Virus record (IMG/VR): IMGVR_UViG_3300028048_000078
Source: an uncultured virus (IMG/VR IMGVR_UViG_3300028048_000078)
Lineage: Duplodnaviria > Heunggongvirae > Uroviricota > Caudoviricetes
DNA: 64,000 nucleotides
Direction: 5' to 3' (one strand)
Numbering within the stretch: position 1 is the first letter of the stretch; each line of letters opens with the position of its first letter. The notes below the pieces were generated by a model that was given only the letters and a program-made list of their open reading frames with translations, had not been told where the DNA came from and searched no databases. The position numbers were made by a program, and so were the translations under genes. Of the stretch, positions 1 to 10,704 are shown piece after piece.

Positions 1-2
1 TA

Positions 3-191
3 ATCACAAATAATGAAAAACATTATATACCAACAAAAGAATTTGAATATACTAACAATGATTTTGATGATGGTGAATGGCTAAGAGAATTTGGCTATGA
101 GCCTATTGAACAATTAGAGCCTATTTCTTATACACACAGTAGAGGCTATGTTGTATATAGAAGTGGGACTACTATTTGGCGAAAGCAATAA
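3..191 (+). CDS. 3' end of an upstream ORF (hypothetical; possibly endonuclease-like C-terminus)
   Basis: Frame 3 is open from the window start to TAA at 189-191 (...EWLREFGYEPIEQLEPISYTHSRGYVVYRSGTTIWRKQ*). Confidence 0.5.
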   Translation: MTNNEKHYIPTKEFEYTNNDFDDGEWLREFGYEPIEQLEPISYTHSRGYVVYRSGTTIWRKQ

Positions 192-194
192 TTC

Positions 195-227
195 AAGCCT
201 TACCATGTTTTAGTGGTAGGGCTTTTT
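195..227 (+). terminator. Rho-independent terminator
   Basis: aagccttacca / tggtagggctt stem followed by a T run. Confidence 0.55.
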
Positions 228-249
228 ATATATAAATGAGGTGAAGAAT

Positions 250-3200
250 TTGGCAAAGAGCGGTGACAATAAGCAATCTCTTATTATTGAGACTGGTATA
301 ACTGGCTCTAAGGAAGTAATTACTGACCTTGAAGCTATAAATACTTTAGTTAAAGATACTAAGGGTAGAAATGTCAATGTTAATGTTAAGACAACAGGTA
401 TTAATGAAACCTCAGTTAAGAACATTAAGGATATAACTGCACAATTAACTAAACTTCAAAATGTTAGTAATAATATTGAGAAGTCTGTTAAGTTGAGTGT
501 TGATGGTAGTACCATTAAAGACCTTCAAAAGCAGTTAGATGGTGTTACGGCTAATATTGGTGTTGAGGTAAAAAAGAGTTCTATTAATAACGCATTAAAA
601 GAAATTAGAAAGGTTCTTAGTGGAAAAGTTATTAATGTTACATTAACACCACATTTAGATGCTTCTAAAGAAAAGTTTGATGGCAAGCGGGCCATTGATA
701 GAATTAAGCAGTATGTTAATTCTGTATTTAAAGATGTAGAAGTAGATATTAAACCTAAGTTTAATACTAACTCTATTAGAGCCTCTATTAGAAACTTAAA
801 ACAGGAGCTTAATAAGGTTGCAGGTACAGAAACCGATACTAAGGTTAATACCTTAATTATAGCTAATCATAGAGGTAACATTGATTCTCCAGAGATGTTA
901 TCTAGTTGGATTGACCAAATTAGTCGGTTTAGTAGAGTTGCTAAGAAAATACCTCATGGTCTTATTAATGTTAAGGTAAATCTTGCTGCCAATATTGATG
1001 AAAACTTTAGACAGTTGATTAATGGTGGATTAGATTTATCTAAGGTTAAGAGTGGTAAGCTTGACATTAATATCCATGATGGTGAAGGTTCATCTAGTGG
1101 TGGTGGTAGGCGTAAGGGCGGTAAAAGTAAGAGTAGTGGAAGTAATGATTTATCAGAACTTGATAATTTGCCATCATTAACCTCTGGTGATAGTTCAAAA
1201 TTACTTAGTGCCTTTAATAAATATTTTAATAATAATAGTAAGTTACAGATTAAGACTCTTGAAGATGCCATAGATAAAGCTACAGGAATTAACTTTAAGT
1301 CTATGGGAAATAATCAAGATGTACATATTCAAGCTGCATTATCTAAATTGGCACAAGAAGCTCAGAGATATATGTATGATAATAAGCTTGATGAGGCCAA
1401 GGTGTTAAATGATTTAGCTAATAGGTTGCGTACTGAGTATGCTAAGTATAACTCTGAGTATGCTAATAATGGCATATATGGTCCAGCTTCTAAGGCACAG
1501 TTTAATCAGTTAGGTTTAATGTCCACATCTGATTACCATAAATCTTTAGATTCTGATAGAAGTGCTAAGATTGAGGAAGATAATAAGCGTAGAGCTAAGT
1601 ATCAGAAGCAACTTCAAGCCGACTTAGAAAAAGGTACATCATTCTTAAAGAATGGTAGTATGGATGATGTAGGCACATTACTTACTCATAAGTTAAGAGA
1701 TGCAAGTAATGATGATGTTAAGTCACGCCTTGAATTACTTAAGGGTTATGTTGATGAGTTTGAGAAACAAACTGATGCTGATAAGAAACATATAAGAGAA
1801 GCCCTTAAAGAGTGGGTAGATGGCGAAGTTAAGAATATGAAGAACATCTTAGATGCTATGCAGGTGCGTAGTGAAGATGTTAATAAGTCCATACGAAATG
1901 CTACAGCACAGCAGTTGAATACAGCTAATGAAGTTGCTGGACTTAATTCATTGAGTCATGGTGAGAGTCTTAAGGAAAAGGCTTTCCAAAGAGCAAACTT
2001 AGATGGTGATTATGACGAAGCTATTCGCCACTATAGAGATAAGAATAGGCAGAGATTAGAGAGATTAGACCCAATGCAGGGCAAGATTGATGATTTGCTT
2101 AATGAACGTAGGGGTCAATCTGAGTCAGAAAGAAATTCGTCCAACCAGAGATTAGTTGATTTAGTCAATGAGAAAATTCGCTTAATGACTGATGCTAAGC
2201 AGTCAGATTTTGGATTAAAAGACCAAATAAGATACTTAGAATCACAGCTTAAAAAGACTGGTGAGGATAAGGGAGCATATAATTCTATAAAGGCTTTGCT
2301 TGATAAGGCAAATAAGGACTTTAATGACGGTATTCAAGCTACTTATGCTGATAGGGTTAAATACTTTGACCAAATGGCAAAAGAAGCCTTTAATAGGGCA
2401 AAAACTAATGCTGCAAACGGAAAAGACTTTACTTCTGATATTAATGACTTTTTAAGATATGCTAATTTACATACTGAGAGTCAGTTAGCTAACACTAAAG
2501 GTCAGAGTGCAGATTTTAGTAGATATGCTACATCTTTCCAAGAGATGCAGAAGTTCGGTGGAATAGACCCTAAGTTAAAGGGTGAATTGGCAGACCTTGA
2601 AGTTGAGTATAAGCAGTTAGATAAGGCTATGAAGGCTGCTGGCGATACTTCTAAGAAACTTGATAATGAGTTTAAGGCATTACAGGATAGTGTTAGTAAG
2701 ATTAATAGTGCTTCTGGTGTAAATAAGTTAGCTACAGATTTAGAAAAGGTTCTTAATGCTAAGTTTAGCCGTGGTGACAGTATTAATAAAGAGATAGGTG
2801 CTTTGAGTCAGATGGCTACATCCCTCAATAGTAGGGGATTAGACGGTGAGCCTATTGCTAGACTTGCTAGACGGATGAAAGAGTTATCTGATGAGGCTAA
2901 GAAAGTTACACAAGCTGAACAGCAAGTCACAAAAGCACAGACAACTCAAAATCAAGCTATAGTCAATGCTGAGAAAGAGTTAGAAAGATTAGCTAGGGAG
3001 CTTGATAAGGCTTATAGAGCCGAAACAGCTATAAGTAAGCTTAACCCATTTAGTAAGCAGTCTATTGATGCAAGAAAGGCTACACAAGATTATAAGAATC
3101 AGTTAGAAGTACTTTATAAACTGAAACGTGAATTAGGTCAATTACGCTCAGATGGTGATGTCGCTAAAGAATTATTGGGAAAATCTGGTATATCCAATAA

Positions 3201-6200
3201 TAAGGATTTCTTGGGCAGAACTAATAATTTTGTTAGAAATACTATTGAGAGCTTGGCTGGTAAATATGCTAGAGAAGAGGGTTACGCAAGGGATAGAGCT
3301 AGGCGTTCAAGTTTTTCTAATTCTTTAGTTGATTATTTGACTTATAGTGGTAAGTTTTTAGGTCGTTCTGCTAAAGGTTCTGGTTCTGCACTTGAAGCTT
3401 CTGCTATGGGGTTGAAGGATGCGTTCAGTCTTTTAAAGGGTTCAACTTCAAATGTTGGTAAGTTATTTGGTGCAGCTGGTGTAGCTATATCTGCTTTTGT
3501 TGGTGGCGTGGCTCTCGGTGTTGAGGCTATGTCATGGATTGTCAATATATTTCAACGGCTGTATGATGTTGTATCTAGGTTACTACAGCCAGGTATTGAG
3601 TTATACAAACAGGTAACTAAGGCTACATATAGTATGGGTGCTGCAATATCTTCTAATGCTACGTTTGCTGGGGCTGAGATAGACTTAGCTCATGGTATTG
3701 CTACGTCTGCTAATTTGCAACAGAGGGCCATGTTAGATGCCGAGAAGTCTGTATTTGATTTTGGCGAAATTATGACTTCATTATCTGGCACCTTACCAAT
3801 TCTTCTTGGTAGAGGCATGACTTTAGACCAAGCATATCGTACAAACTTGGGTGTAGCTTCTGTAGCTAAACTTACAAACTTAGCACCAAACCAAGTATTA
3901 CAGGAAACAAGAGATTTAGCACAAGGAACTATCACAGCAAGAAGTTCACAGGTAGCTAATGCACTTGGTATTTCTTCTGCTGATTTACAGGGTAGAGATG
4001 CTGATGAAATATTTAATTTCTTTATGGATAAGTTTAAGAATTATGAGGATGTTCTTAAGCAGTATGCAGAAACACCAGTAGGTGCTTTTGAGCAGATGAT
4101 GGATAGAATGAAGCTTGTATCCATGAAGTTTGTTGAAGAAATTGCGTTCCCGTTTAAAGAATTATTTAATTGGCTCACCGATATGACTGGTACTTGGGTC
4201 GATTCGACTAAGCGTAAACTTATGCGTGTTGATATGGGTGATGGTACTACAGAGCAGTTCTGGCGTTATATAAATGAGGATGGGTCTGAGGCTAAAGGTC
4301 AAGGTGCTAAATATACTATAGATGAAGCTATGACTAAGCTTGGCGACAAGTTATTCTTATTAAAAGAAGCCATAGATAATTCTGTTGTTGGTAAAGCATC
4401 AACCAAGGATGCAGATGTTCTTAGTAAATTTGGGATAAATGCATCTGACCTTTCTGGTAAAGATATTACCTATAGAGATGTATTTAAAGATTTATTTGGT
4501 GAGGTTTTTGAACCTATTGGTGAAACTGAGTTTCAATTTTCTGATATTATGGAGAATTTGAAGAAGCAGTTTGTTGATGTCTTTACATATTTGGGTGATG
4601 CATTAGATGAGTTAATTGCTTATATTAGTGATGCTTTTGGTGTAGACTTAAGTGATACAATTACTGATGTTAGTGGTGTAATAAAATTACTTATAGATGC
4701 TTTTGTGCTTTGTGCAGAGATAGTAGTTGATGTTGTTAGTGAGATATATAACTACTGTAAAGCAAATCAAGTGATGTTAGAGCAATTATATATGGTTGCT
4801 AAAGTTGCTTATAATGCGTTCTCATTATTTGGTAGATTATTTAGATATATTTTGAATGGTTGGCAGATGGTTGGTGACGGTGTATTAGTTGTTATTAATA
4901 CGTTGCTTGAAAAATTAATTTCTTCTGTTGTTGGTGAAAATTCATTATCTAGGTGGTTCGCTGGAGCTAAAGCAAGTGCTATGGGCAGAATAGATAAGGG
5001 ATTTGAGAGTTTTGAGTACGTTAAAAAGGGAGTTAGTGAAGATTATAATGATATATTAAGTGCATTGGGGCTAACAGATAAAAAAAGTAAGGATGCGTTC
5101 TCATTTATTGCTGATATGATAGAGAATGGTAAAGCCAACTTTGAGGAATATAAGAAGAAAATGAAACGTGAATCTGGTAAAGCTATTGACCCTAAAGATG
5201 CACTTGGTAAGAAGAAGCCAGAGTCAGATAAAGATAAAGAAAAACGAGAAAGAGAAGCTAGAAAAGCAGAAAAGAAAGCTTTTGATAAATATATTGCTCA
5301 ATTAAGAGATGCACTTGAAAGACATATACAGGAATTAAAAGATGCTCTTGATAAGAATGAAGCTGCTTATAAGCAGGGATTAAAGAACTATGATGCTTAT
5401 ATTCAAGAGAAGATGAAAAATGAGCTTGAAGAGCAGGTAGCTAAGCGTGATGAGTTACTTAAAGAAATTGAAGCAATTAAGAGTACTGGTAAGTATGAAA
5501 GTGAAGATGAACGAGAGAAGGATTTATATAATGCTGATAAGAAATTACAGAGTATAAATAAAGCCATTGATAAACTTACTATTACACAAGGCGAAGTAAC
5601 AAGTATACTTGGAGAGAGTAATCAACTTCTCGAAACTCTTGTTGGCTTAAACCGTAGTGCTAACGATAAGAAAGATAAGGCTAATTCTGATATAACTACT
5701 AAGGTAGAGACTAAGGAAGAAAGCTTAAACACAGAAGATTTACTTAAGTATAAGGATATTAATGACCTTGACGATAAGAAAAGTTGGGCTATGCAATACT
5801 TTAGGGAGTCTGGTTTTGCTAGTGATAATGCTTCAAGTATGCTTGCTCATACTTTAACAAATTCTGCTGATTTGAGCGGTAATATATTTGGTTTCGATTC
5901 AGAGACATTAAATGCTTATGCAACAAAAGCAGGACTTAATTTATCTGATGCTACAGATATGTTTAAGACAAATATAATGATAGCCACAGATAAAATTAAA
6001 GAAGCTATTCCTACTGATAACGATTACACATTAGACCAATTTAATGCTGAGCTTAAGAAGCTTGGTATGTTTGTTGGTGATGCTGATTTGTCTGTGATGA
6101 ATCAGTTAGCTCAGTCTTTTAAGCCATTTATGAGACAAATTACTACAACTACTCACACACTTGCTAATGCAAATGGGGTTGTAAATCAAGCAATTAATGG

Positions 6201-8961
6201 TTACAAAGAGGGCGAAGAGTGGTTAAATCCGATGAGGTCAGACATACATGGTGGCATACAGTGTGATTCTTGGGTAGGAGATGTTTACTATGAGGGTGGC
6301 TTAAGGAATATTGGCAACTCTCCTATAAGTAAGGGAACTGTTATTCAAGATTGGATGTTCCAACAAGCTGGATTATGGCACGATGTTAATAGCGGTTATG
6401 TGCCGAAGCCTGGTGATTATATTTCTGGTAGAACTCATGTTGGTATAGTTTTACCAGAAGGTAAAGTTAGGTCAAGGGATAGTTGGAGTAGTGGTGTACG
6501 AACATATAACAGTATTGATGATTGGGATAGATATCACCATATAGAAGGTTATGGTGAAGTAGGGCCATTACTAAGTGGTAGTTCTGGTACCAATGCAATA
6601 AAAGATGTGGTAGAGAAGATAACTAGAGGTACAGCTTCTACTTATACAGGAAATGGTTTACAGGCCATTGAGATGAAAGAGAAATATCTTACTACTGAGT
6701 TTAATTTGCAAGCACAGTTAGATAAGTATGAACAAACTGTATTTGATTCTGTTGAGGCTTCATCTAAGTCTGCCGAAGTAATTAAAAAGGGACTTGAATC
6801 ACAATTTGATATATTCAAGACTACAGGACTTAATGATAAGCAACAAAAGAGAATTGTAGATAAAAAAGAACGCTTGATGATGTTCCAGATTCAAGAACTT
6901 ATTGGTAAGCAACTTAAAGAACAACTTGAATATCAGCTTAGCGATATTGAGGCATTATTTAACTATGATTTAACTGCTAGTGCAAGTAGAGTAGATTATG
7001 CATTAATTACTAAGAATTATCAAGACATATTTACAAATATGGATAATGATATTCATAGAACGATTAATTCTATTAAAGAGATGATAGATAAGGCTGATGC
7101 AGAGGGGAATAGAGCTTTAGGTAAAGACTTACGACAAGCTTTATATAAGGTAACTAATAAGTTAAATGAGTTCTTTGATAAGGCCGAAGATGCAGTTAAT
7201 AAGCAATATGATTACATAGAATCTGCTATGAATAATATTGGTGCTACAAATCTGCAAAAAGAGGGGTTAAGTAAGCGATTTAATATTGCTAAGAATCGAG
7301 AATTAGCTAAAGTTTATCGTGATAAGGAAGTTGGTCTTACAGCACAGTATAGAGAACTTACTGAGAGAGCTTTAAAGGAAACTAAGGATTTAGGTAAGGC
7401 CACTGGTGAGACTCTCACAGCAATAGCTGATGTGCAAGAAAGATTACTCAAAAATCGTTGGGCATTACAGCAAGCAGAAGATTTAAGTAAGTTTAAGACT
7501 TCTCTTGAAGAGGCTAATGATGTATTTAAGCAAGCACTTGAAGATGGTCTTGTAGACTTTATGACAGATGGCGTAAATGCTGTACTTGAAGGAACAAAGA
7601 CTATTGGTGAAGCATTTAGAGAGTTAGCTGTTAGTATTCTTAAGACTATGCAACAATTCTTTGCTAAGAAATTGATTGAAAATCTTATGAATAAGCTTTA
7701 TCCTATGGACGATGATATAAAGCGAATAACTGATACAGCTAATTGGCAACCAAAGGATTTGTTGAAAAACCCACAAGGCGAACAAACATATAAGGAGCAG
7801 ATGGATAATCCTGTATTGAAGCCTTATATGAAAGAGGGATATATTATTAAGAATGTCCCTAGTGATACAACTTATGGGCCAATTAGAGAGCCAGAGTATG
7901 AAGCTATTAATCCTGCTGATGCATTAGCACAACAATTACAAAAAACAAGCAATTCTTTGGGTCAGTTTGACAGTGCCTTATGGAAGTTTATAGATGAAGC
8001 TAACGGTAAGACTATCTATCCAAATGAAGATGTGTCGCAAACTAAAGCAGAAACTTCTGCGAATAATTTGTCTGTGGCTATGGATAATGCTGCAACCGCT
8101 ACAACTAATAATGCAACAACTACAGCCGTGAACATTGCAACTACAGAAGTAAATTCTAATGCTAATACACAAGCAACAACTACTATACAGCAGAAGGATT
8201 CTACTGAGCGATTAAATATCAGTGCTACTGAAAATGATACGGATGCATTAAATAGACATGCAAGCGCATTAAGTAATGATACAGCACCGCAAGTACAGAC
8301 TGAGGGCGTTGATTCTGTTTCTGGTAGTGGTGTTGATGGTGGAGCTGGTATGCAGTCTCCAGGCTCATTTAAAGGCAATTTTTTAACTAGCTTAATGGGC
8401 AGTGATTTTATGCAGTTAGCAGGTGGTCTGTTTGCTGTTAAAACCTTATTTAGTGGAGACACTAAAGAAAAGCTTTTAAGTGCCATATTTATTGAATTAC
8501 AGTTGATGTATGTTGAACTAATAAAGTTAAGTTCCAATTTACTTACTGGTTTGTTCGGTTATGCTAGTGGTGGATATATAAGTGGTCCAGGTACAGGCAC
8601 TAGTGATAGTATTCCAGCTATGTTAAGTAATGGTGAGTTTGTTGTTAAGGCTAATGCAGTTAAGAAGTACGGTACTAATTTCTTAAATGCAGTTAATGAC
8701 GGTACATTTGCTACTATTAAGCCTAGACATCATTATGCTAGTGGTGGTTTAGTAACTGAAACAGCAAGAGAGGCGACTTCTACTGTTGTTACTGAGCTTG
8801 GTAGAGGTATTGGTACTAATATAAATAATGAAGCACACTTTAATTTAGTAATGGCCAGCAATCAAGAGGATGCTATGAAAGCCTTTATGCGTTCACCAGA
8901 AGGTCAGAGAATTTATCTTGATATGGCTAGAAAGTATGCTAGCACAACTGTAAGATTTTAA
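250..8961 (+). CDS. Tail tape measure protein (~2900 aa) with an internal NlpC/P60/CHAP-like domain
   Basis: Very long helical/coiled-coil ORF with TM-like stretches; C-terminal GYASGGYISGPGTGTSDSIPAMLSNGEFVV motif typical of TMPs; QCDSWV...PKPGD...THVGIV at ~6250-6450; RBS GAGGTG then TTG at 250. Confidence 0.92.
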   Translation: MAKSGDNKQSLIIETGITGSKEVITDLEAINTLVKDTKGRNVNVNVKTTGINETSVKNIKDITAQLTKLQNVSNNIEKSVKLSVDGSTIKDLQKQLDGVTANIGVEVKKSSINNALKEIRKVLSGKVINVTLTPHLDASKEKFDGKRAIDRIKQYVNSVFKDVEVDIKPKFNTNSIRASIRNLKQELNKVAGTETDTKVNTLIIANHRGNIDSPEMLSSWIDQISRFSRVAKKIPHGLINVKVNLAANIDENFRQLINGGLDLSKVKSGKLDINIHDGEGSSSGGGRRKGGKSKSSGSNDLSELDNLPSLTSGDSSKLLSAFNKYFNNNSKLQIKTLEDAIDKATGINFKSMGNNQDVHIQAALSKLAQEAQRYMYDNKLDEAKVLNDLANRLRTEYAKYNSEYANNGIYGPASKAQFNQLGLMSTSDYHKSLDSDRSAKIEEDNKRRAKYQKQLQADLEKGTSFLKNGSMDDVGTLLTHKLRDASNDDVKSRLELLKGYVDEFEKQTDADKKHIREALKEWVDGEVKNMKNILDAMQVRSEDVNKSIRNATAQQLNTANEVAGLNSLSHGESLKEKAFQRANLDGDYDEAIRHYRDKNRQRLERLDPMQGKIDDLLNERRGQSESERNSSNQRLVDLVNEKIRLMTDAKQSDFGLKDQIRYLESQLKKTGEDKGAYNSIKALLDKANKDFNDGIQATYADRVKYFDQMAKEAFNRAKTNAANGKDFTSDINDFLRYANLHTESQLANTKGQSADFSRYATSFQEMQKFGGIDPKLKGELADLEVEYKQLDKAMKAAGDTSKKLDNEFKALQDSVSKINSASGVNKLATDLEKVLNAKFSRGDSINKEIGALSQMATSLNSRGLDGEPIARLARRMKELSDEAKKVTQAEQQVTKAQTTQNQAIVNAEKELERLARELDKAYRAETAISKLNPFSKQSIDARKATQDYKNQLEVLYKLKRELGQLRSDGDVAKELLGKSGISNNKDFLGRTNNFVRNTIESLAGKYAREEGYARDRARRSSFSNSLVDYLTYSGKFLGRSAKGSGSALEASAMGLKDAFSLLKGSTSNVGKLFGAAGVAISAFVGGVALGVEAMSWIVNIFQRLYDVVSRLLQPGIELYKQVTKATYSMGAAISSNATFAGAEIDLAHGIATSANLQQRAMLDAEKSVFDFGEIMTSLSGTLPILLGRGMTLDQAYRTNLGVASVAKLTNLAPNQVLQETRDLAQGTITARSSQVANALGISSADLQGRDADEIFNFFMDKFKNYEDVLKQYAETPVGAFEQMMDRMKLVSMKFVEEIAFPFKELFNWLTDMTGTWVDSTKRKLMRVDMGDGTTEQFWRYINEDGSEAKGQGAKYTIDEAMTKLGDKLFLLKEAIDNSVVGKASTKDADVLSKFGINASDLSGKDITYRDVFKDLFGEVFEPIGETEFQFSDIMENLKKQFVDVFTYLGDALDELIAYISDAFGVDLSDTITDVSGVIKLLIDAFVLCAEIVVDVVSEIYNYCKANQVMLEQLYMVAKVAYNAFSLFGRLFRYILNGWQMVGDGVLVVINTLLEKLISSVVGENSLSRWFAGAKASAMGRIDKGFESFEYVKKGVSEDYNDILSALGLTDKKSKDAFSFIADMIENGKANFEEYKKKMKRESGKAIDPKDALGKKKPESDKDKEKREREARKAEKKAFDKYIAQLRDALERHIQELKDALDKNEAAYKQGLKNYDAYIQEKMKNELEEQVAKRDELLKEIEAIKSTGKYESEDEREKDLYNADKKLQSINKAIDKLTITQGEVTSILGESNQLLETLVGLNRSANDKKDKANSDITTKVETKEESLNTEDLLKYKDINDLDDKKSWAMQYFRESGFASDNASSMLAHTLTNSADLSGNIFGFDSETLNAYATKAGLNLSDATDMFKTNIMIATDKIKEAIPTDNDYTLDQFNAELKKLGMFVGDADLSVMNQLAQSFKPFMRQITTTTHTLANANGVVNQAINGYKEGEEWLNPMRSDIHGGIQCDSWVGDVYYEGGLRNIGNSPISKGTVIQDWMFQQAGLWHDVNSGYVPKPGDYISGRTHVGIVLPEGKVRSRDSWSSGVRTYNSIDDWDRYHHIEGYGEVGPLLSGSSGTNAIKDVVEKITRGTASTYTGNGLQAIEMKEKYLTTEFNLQAQLDKYEQTVFDSVEASSKSAEVIKKGLESQFDIFKTTGLNDKQQKRIVDKKERLMMFQIQELIGKQLKEQLEYQLSDIEALFNYDLTASASRVDYALITKNYQDIFTNMDNDIHRTINSIKEMIDKADAEGNRALGKDLRQALYKVTNKLNEFFDKAEDAVNKQYDYIESAMNNIGATNLQKEGLSKRFNIAKNRELAKVYRDKEVGLTAQYRELTERALKETKDLGKATGETLTAIADVQERLLKNRWALQQAEDLSKFKTSLEEANDVFKQALEDGLVDFMTDGVNAVLEGTKTIGEAFRELAVSILKTMQQFFAKKLIENLMNKLYPMDDDIKRITDTANWQPKDLLKNPQGEQTYKEQMDNPVLKPYMKEGYIIKNVPSDTTYGPIREPEYEAINPADALAQQLQKTSNSLGQFDSALWKFIDEANGKTIYPNEDVSQTKAETSANNLSVAMDNAATATTNNATTTAVNIATTEVNSNANTQATTTIQQKDSTERLNISATENDTDALNRHASALSNDTAPQVQTEGVDSVSGSGVDGGAGMQSPGSFKGNFLTSLMGSDFMQLAGGLFAVKTLFSGDTKEKLLSAIFIELQLMYVELIKLSSNLLTGLFGYASGGYISGPGTGTSDSIPAMLSNGEFVVKANAVKKYGTNFLNAVNDGTFATIKPRHHYASGGLVTETAREATSTVVTELGRGIGTNINNEAHFNLVMASNQEDAMKAFMRSPEGQRIYLDMARKYASTTVRF

Positions 8962-8968
8962 TGTAATT

Positions 8969-9000
8969 AGAAAGTCACATTATGTGGCTTTCTTTTTTTT
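8969..9000 (+). terminator. Rho-independent terminator after TMP
   Basis: agaaagtcaca/tgtggctttct stem plus T8. Confidence 0.8.
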
Positions 9001-9003
9001 GTG

Positions 9004-9032
9004 TTGACATTTATTGTGTTGTGTGGTAGTAT
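9004..9032 (+). promoter_or_regulatory. sigma70/sigmaA-type promoter
   Basis: TTGACA-N17-TAGTAT with TG extension. Confidence 0.6.
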
Positions 9033-9425
9033 ATGAATATGAAGGGAGAGATTCTATTGAAGAAGTGTATTAAATCTATTGGATATTTTATTAATTGTTA
9101 TAATAATCATTCTATTGTTATTGACCCTAAAGATAACTTTGATGAACTTAGTAGGAAGTATTTTATTCAGAGTTTGTTAGTTGGTTCCAGTACAGGTATT
9201 ATTAGAATTACTGATAATGGATTTGGTAAAATAAAGATTGATGATGGTGCAAAAAGAATTAATGCCATTGTTGATTTTGTTAGTGGGAAGTTTCCACTTG
9301 ATGATTTTGTTTTAAGGGATATAGGTATAGAAACTGATAAACCAATGTACTATGGTGAACTATTTGACAATCTAGTATTTGAAGAAAAGTTTTTAAATTA
9401 TCTTTGTTTTGTGGAGGTATATTGA
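9033..9425 (+). CDS. DUF262/ParB-like short protein
   Basis: FIQSLLVG...IDDGAKRINAIVDF resembles the DUF262 (I)DGQQRLT motif region. Confidence 0.45.
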   Translation: MNMKGEILLKKCIKSIGYFINCYNNHSIVIDPKDNFDELSRKYFIQSLLVGSSTGIIRITDNGFGKIKIDDGAKRINAIVDFVSGKFPLDDFVLRDIGIETDKPMYYGELFDNLVFEEKFLNYLCFVEVY

Positions 9426-9625
9426 TGGCAGGAATAAGTTTGAGAGCAGAGGGTGGTATATCAGTTAATATAGAACATTATCCCGACCCAAAGTTTAAGT
9501 TAGTAAAATTGGTTGCACAGGATAGATTTAATTATATTAGTTTATTTTTATATGTGGATGAGGCAGATAAATTGATTAAACTATTACAACAAGCAGTGGA
9601 GGAAGTGCGGTCTGTTGGAGAATAA
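9425..9625 (+). CDS. Hypothetical protein
   Basis: ORF with RBS GGAGG; ATG overlaps the previous stop. Confidence 0.6.
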   Translation: MAGISLRAEGGISVNIEHYPDPKFKLVKLVAQDRFNYISLFLYVDEADKLIKLLQQAVEEVRSVGE

Positions 9626-9965
9626 GTTAAAAGTTTGTCCATTTTGCGGTAGTCAGAAGCTTGAAATATTAGAGTGGGCATTTGAGGGAGAAGCACCAAC
9701 ATATCAGATTGAATGTCAAGGTTGTGGTGCAAGTGGAGCAGTACATACTACACAAGAAGAAGCGATAGAAGATTGGAATGAGAGGTATATTGGTGTGAAC
9801 AATGAGTTGAAGTTATGTCCGTTCTGTGGGAAGGAAGTAAGAATGGCTTATAGTATGGTAAAGCCATATTATAATATAGTTTGTGATTACTGTAGAATAT
9901 CATTTAGGCCATTTGAGAATTTAGCTAAAGGTCAGTGCATTGATTGGTGGAATGAAAGGGCATAA
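9615..9965 (+). CDS. Lar-family (restriction alleviation-like) tandem zinc-ribbon protein
   Basis: Two LKxCPFCG...CxxC...WNER units. Confidence 0.75.
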   Translation: MENKLKVCPFCGSQKLEILEWAFEGEAPTYQIECQGCGASGAVHTTQEEAIEDWNERYIGVNNELKLCPFCGKEVRMAYSMVKPYYNIVCDYCRISFRPFENLAKGQCIDWWNERA

Positions 9966-9980
9966 GTATGAAGTATGTAA

Positions 9981-10009
9981 TTGACAGTTAGTATTATTTA
10001 TGCTATAAT
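9981..10009 (+). promoter_or_regulatory. Consensus sigma70/sigmaA promoter
   Basis: TTGACA-N17-TATAAT with TG extended -10. Confidence 0.8.
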
Positions 10010-10054
10010 ATAATCTAGGAGTTATGGGAAAACTATAGATTTGGGGGTATTTTA

Positions 10055-10447
10055 ATGAGCTTTATTCAGATTATTCAGAACAAATTGGAAAAGGCTGAGC
10101 AGGAGTTTGTAGCTAATAGCAATAATTCACTTAGTAATGTTGGCCCACTATTAGCATATATTGAAGCGTTGCAAAATATATATAATATGGCGGTAACTGA
10201 GCGTTCAGATATTGAAAGTAATCATAATGATTTAGTTAGTATTAAGGAAGATATTGTTTCAAAGATAGCTGATAGTATTAGTGTTGCAAATATTAATACA
10301 CAGACTATTAATAGTAGTTTAAGCACAATTAATTCTAACATTGGAACAGTTAATAGTAAGTTGGATTCTTTAAGCTCAAAATTATCAACAATAATTTCTG
10401 AGCTAGAGAAATCAAATGGGTATCTTAAAACTATGTCAGAGAAATAA
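10055..10447 (+). CDS. Hypothetical coiled-coil protein
   Basis: Heptad-rich ORF with RBS. Confidence 0.7.
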   Translation: MSFIQIIQNKLEKAEQEFVANSNNSLSNVGPLLAYIEALQNIYNMAVTERSDIESNHNDLVSIKEDIVSKIADSISVANINTQTINSSLSTINSNIGTVNSKLDSLSSKLSTIISELEKSNGYLKTMSEK

Positions 10448-10467
10448 ATTTAAAGGAGACTATTTTT

Positions 10468-10701
10468 ATGAGTTTTAATGATTGGCTTGAACATGAGATT
10501 GATGAATGTATAAATAGTGAAGTAGATTATACAGATGAATTTATTGATAGGTTGTATAAGCTTACAACCATAAAGGCTAATTTGGGTGCGTTTGAGCAGA
10601 AAAAGGCTATGGGAAATATTTTTGGTGGGCTTATGGAGAAAATGAAAGATTTAGATATCAATGAGTTAATGAGAAATAATCCAAATTTGGGGAGGTTTTA
10701 A
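10468..10701 (+). CDS. Hypothetical protein
   Basis: ORF with AAGGAG RBS. Confidence 0.7.
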   Translation: MSFNDWLEHEIDECINSEVDYTDEFIDRLYKLTTIKANLGAFEQKKAMGNIFGGLMEKMKDLDINELMRNNPNLGRF

Positions 10702-10704
10702 TAG

